A stretch of 9,976 nt of DNA from contig NW_021827716.1 in NCBI RefSeq assembly GCF_006345805.1, positions 1 to 9,976 on the forward strand, written 5' to 3'. This document shows, piece by piece, positions 1-8,155 of this stretch. This DNA comes from Octopus sinensis (Eukaryota). The notes under the pieces are model-generated. The model saw only the letters and a list, made by a program, of their open reading frames with translations, did not search any database and was not told the origin of the DNA. Every line of letters starts with the position of its first letter. The stretch's first letter is position 1. The position numbers were made by a program, and so were the translations under genes.

Positions 1-470
1 CATACAAATACCCACATATACCCTCAGCTGCAGATACACACGTACACACATACTCAAACTGACATTCTCACATACATAAACTAATTCTACACACACACAC
101 ACACACACGCACAAATAAACACACACTTTCATACACACACATATAGAACTGCATGCACAAACACATCAACACATTCGCACATACGTACAAATGCACTGAC
201 ACACGCGCACACACACACATATACACGCATGGATCCACATTCACAGATGTATGAATACACACACGCACACATGTACACATGTATTCACACACACACATGC
301 CTTCACAAATGCTCAGAAATGCACGCAGAGATCCACATTGGCAGACACATTGATGCAGACGCACATATCTATACGTACATTCACAGACATACTCACACAC
401 ATACATATACACACATCCGCACTCACACAGACACACACACACACACATGCACATACGTGCATGCATATAC
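1..470. repeat. Degenerate (AC)n/(ACAT)n microsatellite block
   Basis: Runs of ACACAC interleaved with ACAT/ATAC units. The overlapping H/T/Y- and C/V/M-rich ORFs are repeat translations. Confidence 0.95.
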
Positions 471-513
471 CAGTGATATCTATAAATTAATCGCATCCTT
501 TCTAAACCTCAGA

Positions 514-551
<38 letters not shown>

Positions 552-772
552 TACTACTACTACTACTACTACTACTACTACCAACACCACTATTACTACT
601 ACCACCATCACGCTACCACCGCCGCCACCACCACAATCACCACCAGCACCACCAGCACCACCAACACTATAACTACTACTACTACTACTACTACTAACAC
701 CAACACCACTATTACTATTACCACCACCGCCGCCGCCACCAGCACCAGCACATCACCACCACTACCACCACC

Positions 773-804
<32 letters not shown>

Positions 805-1008
805 CAACACCAACAGAACTATTACTACTACCTCCAACACCATGACACCTCCTCCTCCCCCACCACCATCACCATCACCATCACCGCCACCATCACTACC
901 ACCATAGCCACCACCAATAGTAGTTCTACCGCCATGGCTACCACCGCCGCCGCCACCACCTCCACCACCACCACCACCAACACCACAACCACCATCACCA
1001 CCACCACT
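514..1008. repeat. (ACT)n/(ACC)n trinucleotide block with an imperfect ~110-120 bp higher-order unit
   Basis: TAC/ACT runs alternate with CCA runs. The motif (ACT)n-CCAACACCACTATTACTA recurs at 581 and 700, and as CCAACAGAACTATTACTA at 810. Confidence 0.92.
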
Positions 1009-1100
1009 GTGAAAAAGCGGCCAACCGACTTTCAGTGATGCATTCACTTGCATTGTTGCAGCTAGTGACTTTGCATCCATGCAGCTTGAGTGCATTCGCT

Positions 1101-1190
1101 CTTCCCTCCCCCACTCCGCTTCCTTCTCCTCTTGCCACCTCTCTTTCTCTCTGTCTCTGTCTCTCTCTCTCTCTCTGTCTCTGTCTGTCT
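1101..1190. repeat. Polypyrimidine (CT)n/(CTGT)n tract
   Basis: Almost exclusively C/T on the + strand, with CTCT and CTGT units. Confidence 0.85.
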
Positions 1191-1279
1191 GTACGTCTCA
1201 GCCAGCGCGTGTGCTCGTGTGTGGTGTGAGTGTTTGTGTGATGTCTGCATAGGGAGATATGCTCATTGCTACTGAAGAC

Positions 1280-1632
1280 GGTGGCGGTGTTAGTCGTTGT
1301 GGTGGTCGTGGTGGCAGGTCGTGGTGGTGACGGTTGTGGTGGTGGAGGTAGTGGTTGTAGTGGTTGTGGCTGTGGTGGTGGTGGTGGTGGTGACGATGTT
1401 GTTGATGGTGGTGGTTGTGGTAGTAGTGATGATGATTGCGATAATGATGGTGATGGTTATGATGTTGACATATGGTGTTGACAGTGCTGTTGATGGTGGT
1501 GGTGGTGGTGGTGGTAACAATGGAGCTGGTGATGATGATGGTGATGATGATAATGATTGTGGTGGTGATGGTGGTGACAGTGATGATGCTGGTAGCGATG
1601 GTGTTGTAGTTGTTGTTGCTGCTGGTGGTGGA
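1280..1632. repeat. Degenerate (GGT)n/(GAT)n/(GTT)n trinucleotide block
   Basis: Continuous GGT/GAT/GTT periodicity, in the opposite orientation to the (ACC/ACT) block at 514-1008. Confidence 0.92.
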
Positions 1633-1949
1633 AGTGTTAATATTGACAGAATGTGGTTCCACAGGCACCAGATCAGCGCCAGAACTTTTATAAATCATAG
1701 ACATTCCAGCCGTGACCAACCTATTTCAAAGCATTATCTAGAAATAAATTACACCAAGAGACATGATTGCATTCCATTAAAAGAACACTAGAGATCATTT
1801 TGAGAGAGATTTGGCTGCTATGTTTTGCAGATCAAGCCACCGTGTCGGCCCTCTTTCATTGTAACGGCCGATGGAGGTGGTGGGAGGTAGACTTTGTACA
1901 GGTGGTGGTGGTTGTGGTGGTGACAGCCTTTGCACACTGGTGCATATCT

Positions 1950-2317
1950 ATGTGTGTATGCGTGAGTGCGTGTGTATGTATGTACATGTGCAGAACGTGC
2001 AGTGCTTGCACGTGTAATATGCACATACGTGTTGATGCCTTTTATCTACATGACTGGCATTGCACATGTATATACGAGTATACATATATATACACATACA
2101 CATTTACTCCACACACACATATACACACTAACACACATATACCAAAGAACATACATACTTATGTCTGTGTGTGTATGTATATATTTCTCAATACACACAC
2201 ATATATATATATATGCATATATATATGTATGCATATATATGTGTATGTATTTATAGGTATATATGCATATATAAATATATACATACATGTACCTAAACCT
2301 TGTTTTATATATATATA

Positions 2318-2354
<37 letters not shown>

Positions 2355-2753
2355 GATATATATTTACATATATATGTATGTAAGTATGTGTGTATATAAA
2401 TATGCATATACATGTAACTATAACGTAATATATATATACATACATACACACATATATATATGTATGTGTATAAATATGTATACACTTGTAGCTATAACGT
2501 GATCTATATACATACAAATAGTGTGTGAGCGTGTGTGCGCATGTGCGTGTGTGAGTTTATATGTCTATATATGTATATATGTATATATATATATTTGTAT
2601 ATATATATATATATGTATATATATTTATACACATAGATATACATATAGATATATACATGTGTGGTGTGTGCATGTGTGTGCATCATTATATGTACATCTG
2701 TATGTGTGTATGTGTATACATGTATATAGGTGTATATGCATGTGTATGTTGGT

Positions 2754-2794
<41 letters not shown>
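1950..2794. repeat. Compound (GT)n/(AC)n/(AT)n microsatellite region including a ~74-bp imperfect tandem duplication
   Basis: Dinucleotide runs throughout. CTATAACGT with similar flanks occurs at 2418-2426 and 2492-2500 (offset 74). Confidence 0.9.
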
Positions 2795-2890
2795 CCGGAG
2801 TAAACACATAAATGTGAAACAAGGTGGAAAAAAGAGTACTCAAATACCAGTGGTAGAGTAATATGCTTATTTTAAGCAGCAGAAATTCAC

Positions 2891-2938
2891 AAAATCTGTT
2901 ACTCTGAGTTTCTCGTTGCCGTTCATCAGACAGTTTTT
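2891..2938 (-). ncRNA. Minimal type-I hammerhead ribozyme motif (left arm, minus strand)
   Basis: Minus strand reads AAAAACTGT-CTGATGA-ACG-GCAA-CGA-GAAA-CTCAGAG-TA-ACAGATTTT. Stem I is CTGT/ACAG, the core is CUGAUGA and GAAA, stem II has a GCAA (GNRA) loop, stem III is CTC/GAG, and the cleavage triplet is GUA. The stem II closing pair is A.A (non-canonical). Confidence 0.7.
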
Positions 2939-2944
2939 GCTAGC

Positions 2945-2990
2945 AAAAACTGCTGATGAACGGCAACGAGAAACTCAAGTACAGATTTTG
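2945..2990 (+). ncRNA. Minimal type-I hammerhead ribozyme motif (right arm, plus strand)
   Basis: AAAAACTG-CTGATGA(2953-2959)-ACG-GCAA-CGA-GAAA(2970-2973)-CTCAAG-TA-CAG. Stem I is CTG/CAG and the triplet is GUA. It has three single-base deletions relative to the left-arm copy. Confidence 0.6.
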
Positions 2991-3022
2991 TTGAATTTTC
3001 TGCTGCTTAAAATAAAGTATTA

Positions 3023-3063
3023 TATATATATATAAATATCTATCTATCTATCTATCTATATAT

Positions 3064-3111
<48 letters not shown>

Positions 3112-3361
3112 ATAATATATATATATATGGATGTTTGTATGTATGCATGCGTGTATATATGATTCACCTGCCACAATATTTACGTGTGTATATATATGTA
3201 TGCATGTATATATGCAGATGCGCATGTGCTTGTTTCAGGATGTATGTGTGACACATCTAGTCGTGTCAGTGTGCGCGTATGTAGGTGTGAGGGACAGATT
3301 GTGTTTGTATGTATGTGTGTGTGTATGCAAGCATGTAATTGTCTAGATATGAGCATGAGGG

Positions 3362-3401
<40 letters not shown>

Positions 3402-3498
3402 TATGTATATGTAAGCGTGTTGAGACAGGTAGATCTATATATGTCTTTATGTGTAAACGCATCGCGTCTGTGTGTGTGCATATGTGTGTGTGTGTGTG
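3023..3498. repeat. (TA)n, (TCTA)n, (ATGT)n and (GT)n microsatellites
   Basis: Long TA run with TCTA units near 3040-3060. Pure (GT)n at ~3365-3397. Confidence 0.92.
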
Positions 3499-3525
3499 GT
3501 TACAAGTAAATAAGTGTACGCGCAC

Positions 3526-3560
3526 CCTGATGTGAACATTTGCCGTGTGCAACGCAATAA
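3526..3560 (-). CDS. Candidate 35-nt internal exon of an unidentified minus-strand gene (..IALHTANVHIR)
   Basis: Minus strand: acceptor gactttctacttctgcag | TTATTGCGTTGCACACGGCAAATGTTCACATCAGG | gtgcgc donor. It is a unique island between repeats and stays in frame with the 4537-4580 candidate. No homolog recognised. Confidence 0.4.
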
Positions 3561-3599
3561 CTGCAGAAGTAGAAAGTCGGTGCAAGCAGGAGATGGCGG

Positions 3600-4361
3600 T
3601 GAGGATGTTGTTGTTGTTGTTGGGGTAGTAATGGTGGAGATGAAGATGATGGAGTTGTTGTTGGTGGTGGTGGTATTGGTTGTAGTGGTGGTGGTGATGT
3701 TGGTGGTGGTTGTAGTGGTGCTGGTGGTGGTGTTGGTGGTGGTTGGTTGTAGTGGTGGTGGTTGGTTGTAGTGGTGGTGGTGGTAGCGGTGTTGGTGGTG
3801 GTCGATTGTAGTGGTAGTGGTGTTGGTTGTGGTGGTGTTGGTGGTGGTTGGTTGTAGTGGTGGTGGTTGGTTGTAGTGGTAGTGGTGGTAGCGGTGTTGG
3901 TGGTGGTCGATTGTAGTGGTAGTGGTGTTGGTTGTGGTGGTGTTGGTGGTGGTTGGTTGTAGTGATGGTGGGTGGTAGTGGTGGCGTCGGTGGTGGTGGT
4001 GGTTATGGTAGTGGTGGTGGTTGTGGTTGTAGGGGTGGTAGTTGTGGTGGTGGTGGTGGTTGTATTAGTCGTGATACTGGTGGTGGCGTCGGTGGTGTTG
4101 TAGCTTTGGTGGTGGTTGTGGTGGTGGTTGTGGTGGTGGTGGTTGTGGAATTAGTGTTGGTGGTGGTGGAGGCGACGAGCATGGCCCCGTTGGTGCTGGC
4201 GTTGTTGTTTTGGGTAGTGGTTATGCAGCTAGTGGTGGTGGTAGTTGTGGTGTTGGTGGTGGTAGTGGTAGTGGTGATTTTTGTGGTGCTGGTGCTTACT
4301 AATGGTTTCTCTGGGAATATTGTTGCTGTTGGCAGTGGTAGTGGGGAAGATGGTGTTCGTG

Positions 4362-4412
<51 letters not shown>

Positions 4413-4524
4413 ATGATGACAACGGTAATGATGATGATGATGATGATGATGATGACAACGGTGATGATGACGGTGGTGGTGATGCTGAAGCAATTGTTGT
4501 TGCTGCCGTTGCTGACGATGATGA
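3600..4524. repeat. Large (GGT)n/(GTT)n/(GCT)n/(GAT)n trinucleotide block
   Basis: Trinucleotide periodicity throughout. The poly-V/G/A/D, poly-T/S and poly-H/Q ORFs here are repeat translations. Confidence 0.93.
3725..3964. repeat. 105-bp tandem duplication (~2.3 copies) within the GGT block
   Basis: TAGCGG at 3784 and 3889, GTCGA at 3801 and 3906, and unit starts at 3725/3830/3935, all offset by 105. The copies are nearly identical. Confidence 0.88.
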
Positions 4525-4536
4525 CAAAAGACACAC

Positions 4537-4580
4537 CTGCCCAATAGCAGAGATATCTTGTTTGAACAAGTTTTATGTTC
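4537..4580 (-). CDS. Candidate 44-nt internal exon of an unidentified minus-strand gene (NIKLVQTRYLCYWA; alternative open frame EHKTCSNKISLLLG)
   Basis: Minus strand: U-rich tract ...cttttgtatttaatgcattccgtccag | GAACATAAAACTTGTTCAAACAAGATATCTCTGCTATTGGGCAG | gtgtgt donor. Two of three frames are open. Confidence 0.45.
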
Positions 4581-4802
4581 CTGGACGGAATGCATTAAAT
4601 ACAAAAGATTGTATACATATATATATTAAAGAGAAAAAAAAAAAACGAAAACAAACAAAAACTATTTCATTGTTGTGATGACAGCAAAGAAATCCTGAGT
4701 GTTTATATTTATCTGTGTACATATGAATGATTTCGTGTATAGCTGTATAGACAACAGTATCAGTGTATAATTGTGCATTTACAAATATGGAGCTAGCTCC
4801 GT

Positions 4803-4842
<40 letters not shown>
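4803..4842. repeat. Pure (ACT)n microsatellite
   Basis: Uninterrupted CTA/ACT run. Confidence 0.95.
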
Positions 4843-5497
4843 CATTTTATCACTGCATCCGTGTAGCGTTTTCACTTCATACCACCTTCCCATAATTATT
4901 TAACCTACCATCGTCTCAGTAACTATATATAAAGCTCTTTGATGTATTGTTCCTGCTTACAATCCTGTCAGTCGTCTTGCCTCAAATGCTTTTACCGTAA
5001 CGATAACACACCGTGTGATTTTGTGAGAGTTGAATGTATTTGTTTATCTTCCATTGTATTTTCTCTATTTTTAATCGCTCGATTCCTTGGATTGCTCTAT
5101 CTCTCAGCGCCACCGTTTATTTTATGACACTCGATGCCCTGTAACTTAACAGTTTGGTAAACAATCGATAGAATAGATGCTAGATTAAAAAAGACGGTGC
5201 GTAAGCCGCTACGATAGACTAAACCTATAGAATACAAGCCACCAGAGTGGAGCAACTCCAGAAAGTGTAACAAGTGAAAGAAAAGATGAATAGACATATG
5301 GACGTATATGCATGTATGAACGTTCTTGTATGTATCTGTATGTGTGAGTGTGTATGTGCGTAAGTATGTGTGTGTATATATATATTATTCGAAGTGCATC
5401 TTTTTCTTAACTTATGGACCTTTAGACAACTTACACAAGTACGCACACGCTGTCACACACTGTTGGGTATATTGCAATAGGTTGTCTGCGTTATGTG

Positions 5498-5536
<39 letters not shown>

Positions 5537-5539
<3 letters not shown>

Positions 5540-5700
5540 AGAATTCACGAAAAGACACAAGACGAAGACAGGTGGTGTAGAAAACAAACAGATGTATTAG
5601 TATAACGCTCGGGAATTGAAAAAGTCTTTTACGTTTCGAGCCTCCACTCTTCCACAGAAAGGAACACAGAAAGAAGGAGAGAAAAAATGTGTGTTGTAGC
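5537..5700 (-). mobile_element. Short interspersed element fragment in (TA)n carrying a degenerate hammerhead motif (Penelope-like-type terminus)
   Basis: Unique 164-bp island between (TA)n at 5490-5536 and (TA)n/(ACAT)n at 5701-5780. It contains an HHR-like motif on the minus strand. Confidence 0.55.
5626..5661 (-). ncRNA. Degenerate minimal type-I hammerhead ribozyme motif
   Basis: Minus: CTTT-CTGTGGA-A-GAG-TGGAGG-CTC-GAAA-CG-TA-AAAG. Stem I is CTTT/AAAG, stem II is GAG/CTC, stem III is the palindrome ACGU, and the triplet is GUA. The core CUGUGGA deviates from CUGANGA. Confidence 0.5.
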
Positions 5701-5730
5701 TATATATATATACATACATACATACATACA

Positions 5731-5766
<36 letters not shown>

Positions 5767-5780
5767 TATATATTATATAT
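5701..5780. repeat. (TA)n plus perfect (ACAT)n
   Basis: Direct reading of the sequence. Confidence 0.95.
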
Positions 5781-6004
5781 CGAACGTTAGCAGTTGGACA
5801 TTTGCCAATCGAACAATAAAGATAGCGAATAACAAAACAACACGAGGATGTATATATATGCAATGTATTAACTTGACTCTCAATAAAGGTGGAAAAATAA
5901 AGGAAAAATCCAGAGAAGGAAAAAGTTTACATGGCTGAAGTGACCGGCATTAATATAAAATTCGGATTGACAGAGAAATAAGAAATTGCCATGAACTTGG
6001 TTAC

Positions 6005-6017
6005 CTGACAGCTGTTT
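6005..6017 (-). CDS. Candidate 13-nt microexon (..TAV..)
   Basis: Minus: gccttgtatcctttaacag | AAACAGCTGTCAG | gtaacc, with a strong donor and a good acceptor. Upstream alternative acceptors exist (e.g. a 60-nt form). Confidence 0.35.
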
Positions 6018-6536
6018 CTGTTAAAGGATACAAGGCATTCATAAATGAATGCTTTAGTATCAGCCTACAGCTTCACCAAAGCTTCAAGCACGAAGTACAA
6101 TTTTATTTAGGAAGGAAAGCATTTCCATTCATATATACATTTATACATAGAAAAGCATTACCAACAAAAATAGTAGAAGCACATGTAGGAAATTAATTCA
6201 GGAGTACTCGACTGCGCTCTTGTTGTAAATCACATGTATATTCAGTTCTAACATCAGGTTGTTAGTATTGCTATGCAAAACAATATATACATATATAGAA
6301 GCATATATACTATGTATATATTGTCCATATATATATATGTGATATTGATATGCATTAAAATGGCGTAGATTTTCTTAAGTATTGAGAGATATAATATTAA
6401 AGAATGTGGCTGTGTAAAGGTGAAATATAGAAATACAAGGTAAAACTGGAACTTGGTTTTGTTTTCTTTTTATTTTATAGTTTTATTTTCTGCCTTGTTG
6501 GATTGAACCGGTTTTACAAAAATACAACCTTTATAT

Positions 6537-6667
6537 GGGAATATGGCGTAGTGGTTAAGAGCGCGGGCTACTAACCCCAAGATTCCGAGTTCGATTCCAA
6601 GCAGTGACCTGAACAATAATATAATAATATAATAATAATAATAATAATAATAACAACAACAAACCAC

Positions 6668-6712
<45 letters not shown>

Positions 6713-6933
6713 TAATAATAATAATAATAATATAATAATATAATAACAACAACAACAACAACATCGAAGAATACCCTAGGAAAGAGAACCCAGGTTCGAA
6801 ATTTCCCCAAGACACCTGAAGAAGGCTGGAGGGTCTATCAGTCGAAACGCTGTGTTAACAAGCAAATGAGGACAAATATCCGTCGACTGTAAATAATGTA
6901 CATAATTCCTCATCTCTTAAACATAGAACTGTA
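6537..6933 (+). mobile_element. tRNA-derived SINE-like element: tRNA head, internal (AAT)n/(AAC)n tract, and a unique tail with an HHR-like motif
   Basis: A box TGGCGTAGTGG (6544-6554), B box GTTCGATTCC (6589-6598), and an anticodon-arm-like GGGC-TACTAA-CCC. The acceptor stem does not close, so it is not a tRNA gene. Microsatellite ~6612-6763, tail 6764-6933. The right boundary and the unity of head and tail are partly inferred. Confidence 0.7.
6811..6856 (+). ncRNA. Hammerhead-ribozyme-like motif in SINE tail (probably inactive copy)
   Basis: GACAC-CTGAAGA(6816-6822)-A-GGCTG-GAGGGTCTAT-CAGTC-GAAA(6844-6847)-CG-CT-GTGTT. Stem I is GACAC/GTGTT and stem II is GGCTG/CAGTC. The cleavage triplet reads GCU rather than GUH. 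Confidence 0.55.
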
Positions 6934-7058
6934 TATTTAAGACAATTATGATTGTTATGCCTTAGTACAATTCGATTCAAATTTAAATATATACAACAAA
7001 TACATCTGGAAATTTAATTTTAAAATTCTAATTTTCACACCTAACTTTTGGCCACATT

Positions 7059-7092
<34 letters not shown>

Positions 7093-7096
<4 letters not shown>

Positions 7097-7166
7097 GGTC
7101 CCGGGTTGATTCGGGGTTAACCACAGTAAATAAGGTACTCAATACATAGCAGTTGAAGCTCCTTCT
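7093..7166. mobile_element. Short unique insert in (TA)n, probable repeat-element fragment
   Basis: Bounded by (TA)n on both sides. It has a GC hairpin CCCG...CGGG (7100-7115) followed by GTACTCAATAC (7135-7145), a motif shared with 2836-2847 and 9749-9759. Confidence 0.35.
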
Positions 7167-7371
7167 ATATAATAAATATATATATATATATATACTATAC
7201 ATATATATACATATATATATACACCACATTTATATGCATATATAAGCAGATACATACACACACGCGCGAGTACTTAAGAAGCTAAGGATGAATTGCTGGG
7301 TAACTTGCTGGCTGGCTGGATAAATGGATGGATGGTAGACGGATAGCCGTGAGTGTGTGTGCATTCATATA

Positions 7372-7875
7372 TCTATATATATAAAACTGTAGTTGTGTGA
7401 GTGTCTGTCCCCTTCGATTTAGATTCCTAACTACTCCCACATTTTGCGGTGCAGTTTAACCAAATTCGGGTATCTTATAGTCGTGATTCATATCGAGCCC
7501 GTCTGAGTATTAGCGCGCGTCTACGATGAGTCTACAATTTAAAAAATAATTTAGCATCATTTTTTATTCCATTTTAATGCATAATTTTCGTGTGTCGATG
7601 GCGGCGGAGTTGGCGTACACGGTCACACCTGCACCTGTGTTTGCTTCTCCCCCTTCTTCCCTCCCTCGTGAAGCTGTGGGGAAGGGAGTTCAAGGAATCA
7701 ACGTCGTAAAGCGTGTCAAGGAGACCAGCGTTCTTTAGAACAACGATTTATGGCTTGAAGACACCAAACAGAATGGCTAAGAAAGCCCGAATTGGCATCT
7801 ATAAGGGAAGTAACTCTCTAAAATGCTTATATAGTAATTTCCCTTACAACCCGAGCACGCCGGCGATACTGCTAG
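7372..7875 (+). mobile_element. Non-autonomous Helitron-like element (~504 bp)
   Basis: 5' end is A|TCTATATATATAAAA and 3' end is CTAG|T (7872-7875), preceded by a small GC hairpin CCG-AGCACGC-CGG (7851-7863). It sits at an A^T site with no TSD. A subterminal inverted repeat lies at 7802-7815/7833-7846 (12/14 match). No Rep/helicase coding sequence. Confidence 0.72.
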
Positions 7876-7915
<40 letters not shown>

Positions 7916-8155
7916 ATATAACAGACGCACGCACATTTGTATATTACTAGCTGCGTGTGCGTGTGTATGAACGTATAACTCTAACCTAGACGCTACATGT
8001 ATGTGCATGTCAGTTCGTAGATAATGTCTAGCTAGACAGCCTACTTCTTACAAACGAAATCAATACGACTTTATAACGTGACTTCACAATATTCACTTTA
8101 GTTCCGTATCGTATCTCTCACACTTGAATATCGCAAAGATCTTTCCGCCTCTCAC

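Larger units (their letters stand above)
2795..3022. mobile_element. Penelope-like-element-type terminal fragment with a long inverted repeat, inserted in (TA)n
   Basis: Unique sequence CCGGAGTAAAC... bounded by (TA)n on both sides. Arms 2860-2941 and 2942-3022 are near-perfect reverse complements centred on GCTAGC (2939-2944), and each arm carries an HHR core. The Penelope-like assignment is inferred from the known association of minimal HHRs and inverted termini with these elements. Confidence 0.65.

Noticed and set aside
1009-1215. Possible exons in the 1009-1100 island and after the (CT)n tract (plus strand ctcag at ~1197-1201)
   Set aside because: No convincing acceptor/donor pair on either strand, and no recognisable peptide.
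68-1791. ORFs rich in H/T/Y, C/V/M, poly-T/P/G/V (e.g. 229..672, 1198..1719, 1297..1791)
   Set aside because: Translations of di- and trinucleotide repeats that lack stops by composition. They are open on both strands in several frames and have no domain-like sequence.
3725-3964. CRISPR-like or other spaced repeat array
   Set aside because: Contiguous tandem duplication of low-complexity sequence with no unique spacers, in a eukaryotic context with no cas genes.
3932-4678. 248-aa ORF with hydrophobic poly-V 'TM-like' stretches and poly-A/poly-D
   Set aside because: Lies within the GGT/GCT/GAT block, and overlapping frames on both strands are equally open. Not a credible membrane protein.
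5097-5297. Minus-strand ORF/exon candidates (GLVYRSGLRTVFF...; 13-nt TTGCTCCACTCTG)
   Set aside because: Acceptors are plausible but donors are weak. The longer form introduces a stop in the chain frame and the shorter shifts the frame. It cannot be excluded without RNA data but is not supported enough to list.
6455-6515. Strong plus-strand polypyrimidine tract and AG at ~6479-6480
   Set aside because: No good downstream donor. Such tracts are common in AT-rich DNA, and it conflicts with the better-supported minus-strand exon set.
6537-6610. Functional tRNA gene
   Set aside because: A/B boxes are present, but the acceptor stem (GGGAATA vs CAGTGAC) and T stem do not pair and it runs into (AAT)n. 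Better explained as a SINE head.
6532-6937. TATAT target-site duplication around the SINE-like element
   Set aside because: A 5-bp AT-only match in an AT-rich region is uninformative, and the right boundary is uncertain.
7713-7970. 85-aa ORF MSRRPAFFRTT...
   Set aside because: Sits in the Helitron-like 3' end, runs across the terminus into (TA)n, and has no Rep/helicase motifs.
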